A stretch of 64,000 nucleotides of DNA from Phoronis australis (lineage: Eukaryota; Animalia; Phoronida), in contig NMRA01000595.1 in assembly GCA_002633005.1 (NCBI GenBank), forward strand, positions 99,438 through 163,437, in the 5' to 3' direction. The notes below the pieces were generated by a model, which was given only the letters and a program-made list of their open reading frames with translations, had not been told where the DNA came from and made no database searches. A program made the position numbers and the translations under genes. This document shows positions 34,383-45,778 of the stretch, one piece after another. Each line of letters opens with the position of its first letter. Within the stretch, counting starts at the first letter, position 1.

Positions 34383-36292
34383 AAATGAACTTTAAATGAA
34401 GGATCTGTCCTCCCTTTGCCAGAATTCATTATGGGGTTTTTCTTGTCATGTTATTTGGCAAAATCTGTTACCTTGCAACTGAGTTGAAGCTGAGAAGTCA
34501 AATGAAGTTGGTATTTAATGACTGTTTTAAAATTCTTTTTCCTCTCATAAGTACCTTATAAATTCGTTGTCATTTTTTTGATAATCATTGGTGATAATTT
34601 GAACATCATTAATTTTTTGAGTGCTCTTTCAAAAAGTAAAGGTGAACAACAGAGCCTGTGAAGTCAGATGGTTAAAGCCATCAACACCATTATGAACGTG
34701 TTTGCTGTCTCAGTAGACCTAGGAACAGCCAAAGGCTGATTACCCGACACGCCAAACAAGAAAAGATACAAACACTTGTATTCCAGATAGCTGACATCCT
34801 GCTGACCAAAAACAGTAAGGATTATGGAAATGAACCTTAATACACGAAGACTACATAACTCTCTAATTGGCAGTTTTCTTTAGTAATAGCTTACTTGTGC
34901 AGTTACCAGTGACAAGCTTACATAGACTCAGTCCACATTTCTAAACTATCATTCACATGTTGCTTTGCGGATTCCCAATGCCAGTAGTCAGATATAACAT
35001 GCCGGAATTTTGAGAACCAGTTTTCTCCATTGAATAATGAGGATCAAACTGGTTCTCAAAAGTGGGTATTTTATATCCGACTATTGGCGCACTGCCAGTC
35101 TACCACCTGCATATGTCTATCTACCCAAGCTGTATCACTGGAAGTTTGAAGGTGGCTCTCTCACTTGGACATCTTTCCATGACTTGTTCTGCACCACTAT
35201 GGATTCCAACATTTCTCTGGCCTGTGTGCTTATACACCTTTCTATCAGGAGATGTCAAAAAAAAATGCAAAAGTTCTCATGACAAAGACATTGGCCTTCT
35301 TCAATAATGGTATGACCTGAAGGCAAAATTGATCAACATCCTCGTAAACGCACCACTATATTCCAGGCCCATTAGTTCACTTCTCAAGTCTTCAGGGTTT
35401 CTGGGATGAGGTGGATTCCGGTCATATCCACAATGCTCATGGGCGAAGTGGAGTTTTATGTGTCATAATTTCGCTGATGATTTTTAGGAAGTTACCACAT
35501 GGTATCAAGACTACTATATCGTGAACATGACACCAACTGAAAAGAACATTCCCATTGTTACTGTCTGCCCAGTTTCTTCAACGTCGTCCAACAAAAATAC
35601 TCTTGTCACCCTGATCCTAGTACTGGACTTGTTCTCCTGAGGATCGCCGCCTCTCGAACTCGCCACATATACAAGGGATTTCAGTTTGTGTTCTTGAGCG
35701 CGGAAGCTGACCAACATTCGCCAATCGTAAATTTTAGCGTGAACCTGTGAAGGCAATTGACCTAATCTCCACGTGCCTTCTAGTTCTTGATTAATGATTC
35801 AATTGACTAGAAGATTTGGGTGATGTATTTATTATTCAACAGCATCAAATAATTTTGTGATTATCGCGCACACGCTGCTTTCTTCAAGCGTACTTCCGGC
35901 AAGTAGCATTTTCGTCGATTTGTGTGAATGGAGACAGATGGTGCTGTCTTTCGACAAAACTTGTAATTAGGCGAATAAGTTGCTGGACCGGGGCCAGTTG
36001 AATCTAAAAGAATGCAAAAAGATACATTTTAGTTAAGGTTATGTTGGTGCCCATAAAAATGGCTAAATTTGGCCGACTCCGAGCATATCATACATCACAT
36101 GGCTGATCGGATCTAATTCATGTGAAACTTTCAGATCAGTACTATGCCCAGTCTCAAAGGTGTTATGAATTGTTTTTAAAATGTAACACTTTTGCATGAA
36201 GGGCTATCAAAAAGTAGGACTTTGATGAATTTCATGAAAATTGTATAAAATTGCACAGTCCAGAATGAAATGATCAGTAATTTAGGAAACTA

Positions 36293-36703
36293 AAATTAAA
36301 AACCGGACGATCGCCGCACAAATGAAGACGTACATGTATATGATAAATCAACGTTTTGTCTATTCGTTAGATATCATCAGGATGTTTACATACTTTAGGA
36401 CAACAAGTGCCAACATACATCTCAGGTGACATCCATGAAGTGAGAGATACAGAGTAGTCAGTAGCTGGTCATCACCATAGTTGCAGGGTCACTGAACTTT
36501 GCAGGTTGTTCAGAGAATCAGTAGCTGATTCTGAATGACTACTCTGTATCTCTCACTTCACTTCATGGATGTCACCTGAGATGTATGTTGGCACTTGTTG
36601 TCCTAAAGTATGTAAATATCCTGATGATGCCTAACGAATAGACGAAACGTTGATTTATCGTGACTTCTTCCTTTGTGCGGCGACCGTCCGGTTGTTAATC
36701 TTA
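36293..36703. mobile_element. Fold-back (arms ~36293-36460 and ~36536-36703), probable Penelope-like element pLTR relic
   Basis: Arms of ~165 bp are near-exact reverse complements, and each contains a hammerhead-like core. Confidence 0.75.
36618..36654 (+). ncRNA. Minimal type I hammerhead ribozyme-like motif
   Basis: ATC-CTGATGA-T-GCCTA(acgaa)TAGAC-GAAA-CG-TT-GAT: both core boxes present, stem II has one mismatch, stem III is the palindrome ACGT, stem I is ATC/GAT. The antisense copy at ~36347-36383 has GAAA->AAAA. Confidence 0.65.
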
Positions 36704-37006
36704 CTGTGGCCAAGAACTGATTTAATTAAGATGTGTTTGATACCTCACCTTCATGTTATTGATACCATCAGGGTGTACATTTATGTTTTTACTAAATTTT
36801 ACTAAAAAGACATGGTCACACGTGACCCAATTGGTAACAAAAGGTAAAAAATAAAGTCCTACAGACTTTCTACTTTAAAAAAATATCTACTTTTACTCCT
36901 AATTAAAATCTACACTTTCCTACATATTTTGCTAAATATACTGAGTTGTCAATAACCTTAAAGTACTACTGCCGCGTGTTTTTTTGTGACTAAAGTGTTA
37001 TATTTT

Positions 37007-40000
37007 TCATTGATTATTTAATATACAGTTGTACAAATGTACTCCAAGCCATCTATTTTTACACTGGCATGCATCACAGGTAAGCGAATGTAAAGTAAGC
37101 GGCCTACATTCATCTTTTTCTCGCTTGTTTTTCAATGAGTGTGCCATTGTGAACGCGGGCGATGTCTGGTACAGGTGTCTGTCGGCTAACTTGGTTTGGT
37201 AGTCGCACGGGGACGGAGCGCGGTCCCCCCAATTGTCTCGCCAGAATAAGGAGCGGCCGCATTTCTCGCCAACGGTTACAGACGGGTATTCGTGCGCCGT
37301 TGCTTGGTTCGGCCCCAAAGTAGATTTGTGGTCATAAGTCGCGGGCCCAGGCCACTGTAAGAGTTGTGATTATCCTTTCAACCTGCTCTTTGTCATTTCT
37401 TTGAGTTCAGTAAATAAATGTTCTCCACGTGTCATACAACGAAGCTGTTGCGTGAACTGAGATCTACTTATTTATTCTTACTCAAACCTAATTACTCCGC
37501 AATACGTACTGTCATTTGCATTTACTTAAAATTTTATTTATTTTTTTCTTATGCACGGAAGATCAGTTAATAATTTTCGTTTTATTAGCCGGCTTTGTAA
37601 ACTGCCGAGAGTCACTACGTCATCAGTGTCACCGGCACAATCCACAGAATTGAGACAAATGTCATCGTTGAAAACACGCACTCTGACTGACTGACTAAAT
37701 GATACATCACCTGTGTACAGTGCTGTAGTGGTAAAATTAAAGGTAAGTAGGCGCCAAGAGCCCTCCGTATCACCTTGAGCACTGAACGTAACTTACGGTG
37801 AGTAGGCGCTATGTTTAAATGCCAAAAGGTGGTTGGCTGCGCCTACGTGCACCTACGTCCCACTACAGCACTGCCTGCGTACACACACTGAGATTCTGTA
37901 AATCCTTTTCGCAGGAAGTAGTCAATGACTTGTTCATGAAGCACGCGTTTTGTGGACAGCCTTGAAGTAAAGTGCTCCACAAAACTTTTTATTTGGGACA
38001 CTTTGGCCTACTGTTATAAATGTGTACTTGTGTTCATTACTAAGTTTAGATGTTATTAATCTATGACTGGAGACGAAGTGACAAACACTTCTTCAGACCA
38101 AGCCAATAAAATTTCAGGTCACGCGTAACCTAAAATTTAGGATCTTAGTCTAAAGAATTTTCGACGAAGTGTCAGTTGCTTATAAGCCAAGAATCGTCCC
38201 TATATATTTTTAATAAACAACAGTTTGATACAAATTTCATAACGCCAAGTGGTCTAAATCAATTTTGACACAAAGTGCGTTGTTAATGCTGTCGCTTTGA
38301 ACATCACCTTAATTACCATTTAGGACGCCTGCACGAGCCCAGGCTGTTCTCACAGTTTAAAAAGTAACCACTTCAGTAGTGCAAACGATTCGATTGCCAC
38401 TCCGATCCGGCCTGAACTCCACTCCTGGACCCGTGCCTACAAACTTGCGATACCAACACCCGTGCCACTGATCTCGGCGCACGCACCGACAGTAGGGACC
38501 TAGCCTACATGAAGGTCCATGCTGATCTCAACGCACGCGCCGACAGTAGGGACCTAGCCTACATGAAGGTCCATCAGTGCTGATCTCAACGCACGCGCCG
38601 ACAGTAGGGACCTAGCCTACATGAAGGTCCATGCTGATCTCAACGCACGCGCCGACAGTAGGTACCTAGCCTACATGAAGGTCCATGCTGATCTCAACGC
38701 ACGCGCCGACAGTAGGGACCTAGCCTACATGAAGGTCCGTGCTGATCTCAACGCACGCACCGACAGTAGGGACCTAGCCTACACGAAGGTCCATGCTGAT
38801 CTCAACACACGCGCCGACAATACAGCGCCAGGCACGACCATTTTACTCATCGACATAACAATGGCTTATATCAGTTATGTTAACATCATGGTGTTTGATG
38901 GTATTTTTCTATGCCTACCTACATTTGTTTGCGCGAGGACATCTTTGTGTGAAATTAGAAATGGTTCATTCTCTTCCATTGTGTACCACGTGTGACGAAC
39001 GCCGGTTTCTGAAACTGGAAAAAATACAGTTGATTATAGATCACGAATGTAAGTCAAGTTTTCCTTAGAATTCATAAAAACGGACGTGCAGTACTAAGCG
39101 ATAAAAAGCAAAATTAGAAATATAAAAGCTACGAATACAAACATAGGGTGTCTCAAAATAGACGCATCTCATTAACACTGGAACAAATGTCCACACACGA
39201 ACCCGTGTTAATTACCCCGTGTTTTCAGTTATGTACATTATGTACATAGATTTTGGTAGCCGGACAGACAGTTCTTTTGCAAGTACCAGTTGTTATTTTA
39301 TGTGCAGTAGGCCTGCTTCAAAATAATGCACCAAATAATATAGTTATATAAACAAACTCCTCTGGTTACCTCTTTTGGGAAAGCACAGTTTCCTAATTGT
39401 GAAGGCGGGGGACTTTGTTTCACAAGATCTCACAGGCTGACGATTGACATCGTAGGAACATGGGGAAGGGCCGGTCGATTCAATTTTATACTTTAAACTC
39501 GGGTCACCCGGATTGTAGGGCCTGAAGTACGCCCTCCAGCGAGCGGGTAGAGCCCTAGGCTTCCACGAATTACTCTTTACGGACGCGTGGGATGATTTCC
39601 TGAAAAGCGATTTTTCATATCCTTGCGTGCATCCTATCTAAAGCCCGGCCTGCCGGGAGACATTGTATCGCATCCCGCCGCGGAGAACACAACATTTCTA
39701 TACGCCCACTTGCATGTAGATGGCACGTGAAATCTGAAATCTCGTATATTTTGAAACCATGACACCTTTTTGTGCCTAGTGACTCAGGCAACGTCTAATT
39801 ATAACCTGGACTGTGACTGCATTCCGAACACGAAGTAACGAACTCGTTATAATCGGACCGTCACACACCCTCGGCCTTAGCACGTGGGAGAACAAAAATA
39901 TTTTGTTTTAAGACAAATGATCCGATAACTTTAATATATGTCAAAAAGAGGATAATGTACCGATAAATTCCAAACTTTGAAGAGCCGTTGCTGTTAGCAA

Positions 40001-40997
40001 TCACACTGTTATCTTAGCGCAACTTTTTTGACGCGGCTCAAAAATAAGATGCGGCCGCCAAAGAAGTGAAACTGCCCGAAAGCGGTCACGGTGAATAACA
40101 AGATGTTATGAATGGTGTTTCCAGCTCAATTTCATATTGTAGACATGATGAGGTTCAGTAGTCGAATTAAATACAGAACGTTTTGTTTTTATGTTGTACG
40201 TACAACATAGTCTTTCGAAGAGGACATGTATACATGTACATACCATGAGACGTAGTCAACCACGTCGAATGAGTAGGTCTAATTCAGCATAACGATCTAG
40301 GTTGTCACTTGATTCATACTTGTGATCGTTGTGAGCAACCGCAGTAGGTGTTTGAGGACGCTACTTGTATGGAATAGTTGGATCAAGTAATGCAAACGTG
40401 AACTTACTTTTTATCAGGCATGATTCCCAAAATGCTGATGACGTCACAAACTGAAAAGCCGTACGTCTCAGTGACGTACGTTTCTTCAGTGCCGTATTAC
40501 GTCGCCGTGCAAAATGCAACCCCACGGTTTTCGTAGGCACAGAGGCTCCTTACTGAGTCAAAGTCGTGTAGATCAAAACCGTGTCCCAAATCATAGCTAC
40601 CGGATATAGGGAGATCGATACAATGAGAACTGTTGAGACCGAGGAGTGCAGCGGGAATTGTTGACGCCGAAGGGAGCGGCTCTAGCGTGACGACTGAGGG
40701 GTACAAAGTATTTTGACGGGTGGTTGTGTGGCCACAGTGTGGGGAGGGGCAGGATTTGTGAGGGCAGCGACAGGGCAGGGCCCGGACTTTTGATAGCTGA
40801 GGGACCCCGAGAAACCGGTACAACAGCGTTTCCACAAACGTCCATCTAGCACTTGTCTGCTCGCTGGGACTAGCTGGGAAGCCAATGAACGTACGAAAGC
40901 CTAGAGCGGATTTAATACCCATCGTGTCACTCGATCGCTGGATAATTACATACCAATCAATGGTTTTTAGAAAAATAAAGAAGCCATATGGGCCCAT
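37007..40997 (-). CDS. STPG3: Sperm-tail PG-rich repeat (SHIPPO-repeat) protein, STPG3-like
   Basis: Exons 40997-40501 (5' part and start codon uncertain), 39599-39370, 39008-38923, 37354-37007 are phase-consistent. They encode GPSPCSY...ETKSPAFTI, WPGPATY...TLG, APSPCDY...TSPAFTM. The family is clear; the exact ortholog is less certain. Confidence 0.7.
37718..37873. mobile_element. 156-bp hAT-type MITE
   Basis: TIRs cagtgctgtagtgg / ccactacagcactg; 8-bp TSD cctgtgta / cctgcgta; internal gtaggcgc repeats. Confidence 0.8.
38466..38820. repeat. GC-rich minisatellite, 51-bp unit, ~7 copies
   Basis: gctgatctcaacgcacgcgccgacagtagggacctagcctacatgaaggtcca(t) in tandem. Confidence 0.95.
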
Positions 40998-41323
40998 CTG
41001 TCGTTGAATTTATTTGCTCATGTTTTTTTACCTAAACATCATTCAACAAAGAATGGACTCACCGGAGACAGCCCAAGAGTTGTTATCTCTGCAGCGAAGG
41101 ATGTTAAAGTTGAGTCTCCGATGAGTTGCCAGCAGTCACTGGTACGGCGCGCGGCTTTAGACGCTCTGCGGCTGGGTTAAAGATCTTTTATAGGCCTAAC
41201 TATCCCCAATTCCCGTACCAGGATGAATTTCAAAAAATAACTTGACTTGGCTGCATCAGATGTGATATGCAACGTTGATGTTGAAATTGCGCCATATTTT
41301 TTATGTTGATTTCCTTTGTTGGT

Positions 41324-41475
41324 TCATAATTCATATATTGCAATGTAGGCATCCAGGGGAGGCTTGGATGTACTTATGACTGTAGAGTCGTCAAAATTTA
41401 TCCATTCCCATGCTGACGATTTAACACAGCATGTGTAATGACCACCCGTCGTGTTTCTTCCATGGTGTTCAATGA
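41324..41475 (-). CDS. C-terminal fragment of a ubiquitin-specific protease (peptidase C19) catalytic domain; upstream part lies in the N gap
   Basis: IEHHGRNTTGGHYTCCVKSSAWEWINFDDSTV...AYIAIYEL* matches the USP His box (HxG...GHY...W..FDD) and the terminal AYxxxY motif. Confidence 0.8.
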
Positions 41476-42418
41476 NNNNNNNNNNNNNNNNNNNNNNNNN
41501 NNNNNNNNNNNNNNNNNNNNNNNNNNNNNNNNNNNNNNNNNNNNNNNNNNNNNNNNNNNNNNNNNNNNNNNNNNNNNNNNNNNNNNNNNNNNNNNNNNNN
41601 NNNNNNNNNNNNNNNNNNNNNNNNNNNNNNNNNNNNNNNNNNNNNNNNNNNNNNNNNNNNNNNNNNNNNNNNNNNNNNNNNNNNNNNNNNNNNNNNNNNN
41701 NNNNNNNNNNNNNNNNNNNNNNNNNNNNNNNNNNNNNNNNNNNNNNNNNNNNNNNNNNNNNNNNNNNNNNNNNNNNNNNNNNNNNNNNNNNNNNNNNNNN
41801 NNNNNNNNNNNNNNNNNNNNNNNNNNNNNNNNNNNNNNNNNNNNNNNNNNNNNNNNNNNNNNNNNNNNNNNNNNNNNNNNNNNNNNNNNNNNNNNNNNNN
41901 NNNNNNNNNNNNNNNNNNNNNNNNNNNNNNNNNNNNNNNNNNNNNNNNNNNNNNNNNNNNNNNNNNNNNNNNNNNNNNNNNNNNNNNNNNNNNNNNNNNN
42001 NNNNNNNNNNNNNNNNNNNNNNNNNNNNNNNNNNNNNNNNNNNNNNNNNNNNNNNNNNNNNNNNNNNNNNNNNNNNNNNNNNNNNNNNNNNNNNNNNNNN
42101 NNNNNNNNNNNNNNNNNNNNNNNNNNNNNNNNNNNNNNNNNNNNNNNNNNNNNNNNNNNNNNNNNNNNNNNNNNNNNNNNNNNNNNNNNNNNNNNNNNNN
42201 NNNNNNNNNNNNNNNNNNNNNNNNNNNNNNNNNNNNNNNNNNNNNNNNNNNNNNNNNNNNNNNNNNNNNNNNNNNNNNNNNNNNNNNNNNNNNNNNNNNN
42301 NNNNNNNNNNNNNNNNNNNNNNNNNNNNNNNNNNNNNNNNNNNNNNNNNNNNNNNNNNNNNNNNNNNNNNNNNNNNNNNNNNNNNNNNNNNNNNNNNNNN
42401 NNNNNNNNNNNNNNNNNN

Positions 42419-44378
42419 TCGATTAGAATTCATGAAAAAGGGACGTGCAGTACTAAGCGATAAAAAGCAAAAGTAGAAATATAAAAGCTACGAACATAGG
42501 GTGTCTCAAATTAGACGGAACTCATTAACACTGGAACAAATGCCCACACACGAACCCGTGTTATTTAACCCGTGTTTTCAGTTATATACATTCTGTACAT
42601 AGATTTTGGTAACCGGTCAGGCAGTTCTTTTGCAAGTACCAATTGTTATTTTATGTGCAGTAGGCCTGCTTCAAAATAATGCACCAAATAATATTGTTAT
42701 ATAAAGCAAACTCTTTACTCTGGTTACCTCTTTTGAGAAAGCACAGTTTCCTAATTGCGAAGGCGGGGGACTTTGTTTCACAAGATCTCAAGGGCTGTCG
42801 ATTGACATCGTAGGAACATGGGGAAGGGCCGGTCGGTTCAATTTTATAATTAAAAAACTCGGATCACCCGGATTGTAGGGCCTGAAGTACGCCCTCCAGC
42901 GAGCGGGTAGGGCCCTGGGCTTCCACGAATTACTCTTTACGGACGCGTGGGATGATTTCCTGAAATGGGATTTTCATATCCTTGCGTGCATCCTACATGT
43001 ATCTAAAGCCCGGCTTGTCGGGAGATATTGTATCGCATCCCGCCGCGGAGAACACAACATATCTATACGCCCACTTGCATGTAGATGACAAATGAAATCT
43101 AAAATCTCGTATATTTTGAAACCATGACACCCAACGTCTGATTATAACCTGGACTGTGACTGCATTCCGAACACGAAGTAACGAACTCGTTATAATCGGA
43201 CCGTCACACACCCTCGGCCATAGCTCGTGGGAGAACAAAAATATTTCGTTTTAAGACAAATGATCCGATAACTTTAATATATGTCAAAAAGAGGATAATG
43301 TACCGATAAATTCCAAACTTTGAAGAGCCCGTTGCTGTTAGCAATCACACTGTTATCTTAGCGTAACTTTTTTGACGCGGCTCAAAAATAAGATGCGGCC
43401 GCCAAAGAAGTGAAACTGCCCCAAACCGGTCACGATGAATAACAAGATGTTATGAATGGTGTTTCCAGCTCAATTTCATATTGTAGACATGAGGTTCAGT
43501 AGTCGAATTAAATACAGAACGTTTTGTTTTTATGTTGTATGTACAACATAGTCTTTCGAAGAGGACTTGTATACATACCATGAGACGTAGTCAACCACGT
43601 CGAAAGCGTAGGTCTAATTCAGCATAACGATCTAGGTTGTCACTTGTCAGTACTGATTCATTCTTGTGATCGTTGTGAGTAACCGCTGTAGGTGTTTGAG
43701 GACGCTACTTGTATGGAATAGTTGGATCAAGTAATGCAAACGTGAACTTACTTTTTATCAGGCATGATTCCCAAAATGCTGATGACGTCACAAACTGAAA
43801 AGCCGTACGTCTCAGTGACGTAAGTTTCTTCAGTGCCGTATTACGTCGCCGTGCAAAATGCAACCCCACGGTTTTCGTAAGCACAAAGGCTCCTTAGTCA
43901 AAGTCGTGTAGATCGAAACCGTGTCCCAAATCATAGCTACCGGATATAGGGAGATCGATACAATGAGAACTGTTGAGACCGAGGAGTGCAGCGGGAATTG
44001 TTGTCACCGAAAGGAGCGGCTCTAGTGTGACGACTGAGGGGTACAAAGTATTTTGACGGGTGGTTGTGTGGCCACAGTGTGGGGAGGGGCAGGATTTGTG
44101 AGGGCAGCGACAGGGCAGGGCCCGGACTTTTGACAGCTGAGGGGCCCCTAGAAACCGGTACAACAGCGTTTCCACAAACGTCCATCTAGCACTTGTCTGC
44201 TCGCTGGGACTAGCTGCCGGGGAAGCCAATGAACGAATGAAAGCCTAGAGCGGATTTAATACCCATCGTGTCACTCGATCGCTGGATAATTACATACCAG
44301 CGACCAATCAATGGTTTTTAGAAAAATAAAGAAGCCATAGGGGCCCATCTGTCGTTGAATTTATTTTGCTCATGTTTT
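42419..44378 (-). pseudogene. Frameshifted duplicate of the 5' part of the STPG3-like gene (copy of ~39063-41026)
   Basis: Colinear and highly similar. The exon copy 42959-42728 is 232 nt versus 230 nt. There is a 4-nt deletion near 43895 that creates an early stop, plus further 4- and 7-nt indels. Confidence 0.7.
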
Positions 44379-44379
44379 G

Positions 44380-44700
44380 AATATATAAGCTTCTCCAAAA
44401 CAAAATATTCATAAATTTCTTTTTAAGTATAAACGAGGGCAATTTTTCTTAAACGCATGTTGTGCATGTGTAATTTTGCCTGAAAAATCGAAACATTTTT
44501 TCATCTTTTCCAAAAATATATTCTTAAAAGTTAAATTTAACGGTATTCCTGTTTTATCTAAAATCCAACTTCGAAAGGAATTCCAAAAGGACTGCACTTG
44601 CAATCAAAACAGATGGATTAAAACCTATGGGTCCCTTTTCAAAAAGGACACAAATTTGAAGACAAGATGACAATATTACAAAGGAAGTCAGTGTTACTAA
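44380..44700 (-). mobile_element. Non-LTR retrotransposon (L1/Tx1-like) 3' relic
   Basis: QVQSFWNSFRSWILDKTGIPLNLTFKNIFL resembles the region after the C-terminal zinc knuckle of Tx1/L1 ORF2. Confidence 0.5.
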
Positions 44701-45778
44701 TTATTCTAGGAATAAGTCTAATCTGGAACCAGTTTAATTTAACATCATTTGTAAAATTAACAACCACTACAAAAGCATAACGATGGCGTCTGTCGAGCCC
44801 CCCAAAGCCGCCAGGTCAGCCATATTTACTTCTTTGTAAGAGTGAGGGCAATGTGGGCATACGGAGGTTGTTTCATGAAAGTGACTAACGACTCAAGGCA
44901 GAAAGTTGACCTTACGCTACCACTTGACAATATTTCAGAATAGTTATGCGCGCATCTCAGTCTAGAAATTACTGATAGAAAGTATCTCGGTAACTAGCAC
45001 GGTGTATATTCTCAGACTTCCCACTTTTGGGCAAGTGAGATTTTCAGTTAATTCTCAGAAATAGTTGTTCCCAAAGAAGACCAAATTTCTGACTTAATTA
45101 AGTCAATTTTCACAAATCATGCCCCAGGGTGATGATACACTTCGCACAAAATCAAATGTCCTAGAGAATTTGGGAAAACTAGTATGTTAAACAAACAACA
45201 CGTTTTTATACCATGTCAAAGCCGACTGCATTATACTTAACTTTCTAGAACCCAGTCCAGTATATATTTGGATATTAAATGAAAACTACATTGCTGTGAA
45301 TGGCACTGCGAAATCATATTAACAAGATACTTCGACAATTTATTTATTTCTAAAAACAATGTACAAAATATAAAACTTAGTAAGAAAAGAACACCATGTG
45401 CAGTGACCAGTGCCCAGTTGAATGGAACAGTCCCAAATATGGAATCAGCAACATCAATGAACTTTTATGGCATTTGTGGAGACACCAATTGTCCTTTGTA
45501 TGCTGTTTTCTTCTCAGTCTACTTTTGGCTTTGATAAATACTAAGAGTGAACTCTATGTTGAATTCTCAATGTTATTGAAAATGAGTAGAGATCTTTTCA
45601 TGCAAACAGACCCTAATTTAAGGACCAAGTCCCTTCATATTTTCACTGTCTGACAGAAGGGCTCAGCTTTTAGGTTAATTATTAGAAAATGTCATTGAGT
45701 CAAAGAGGAACCCACAATAAAGACAAAATGATAGAAACACATAACATTTGTAAGTAAACATAGACACAAACACACAGA

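Noticed and set aside
38466-38995. 124-aa repetitive ORF (MKVHADLNARADSR...)
   Set aside because: Translation of a 51-bp minisatellite, antisense within an intron.
40434-40470. CTGATGA...GAAA spacing resembling a hammerhead
   Set aside because: No pairing for stems I-III; better explained as a TGACGTCA CRE-like site.
41438-42476. Long ORFs of 341-369 aa in the ORF track
   Set aside because: They consist almost entirely of N-gap translation; only the minus-strand USP tail is meaningful.
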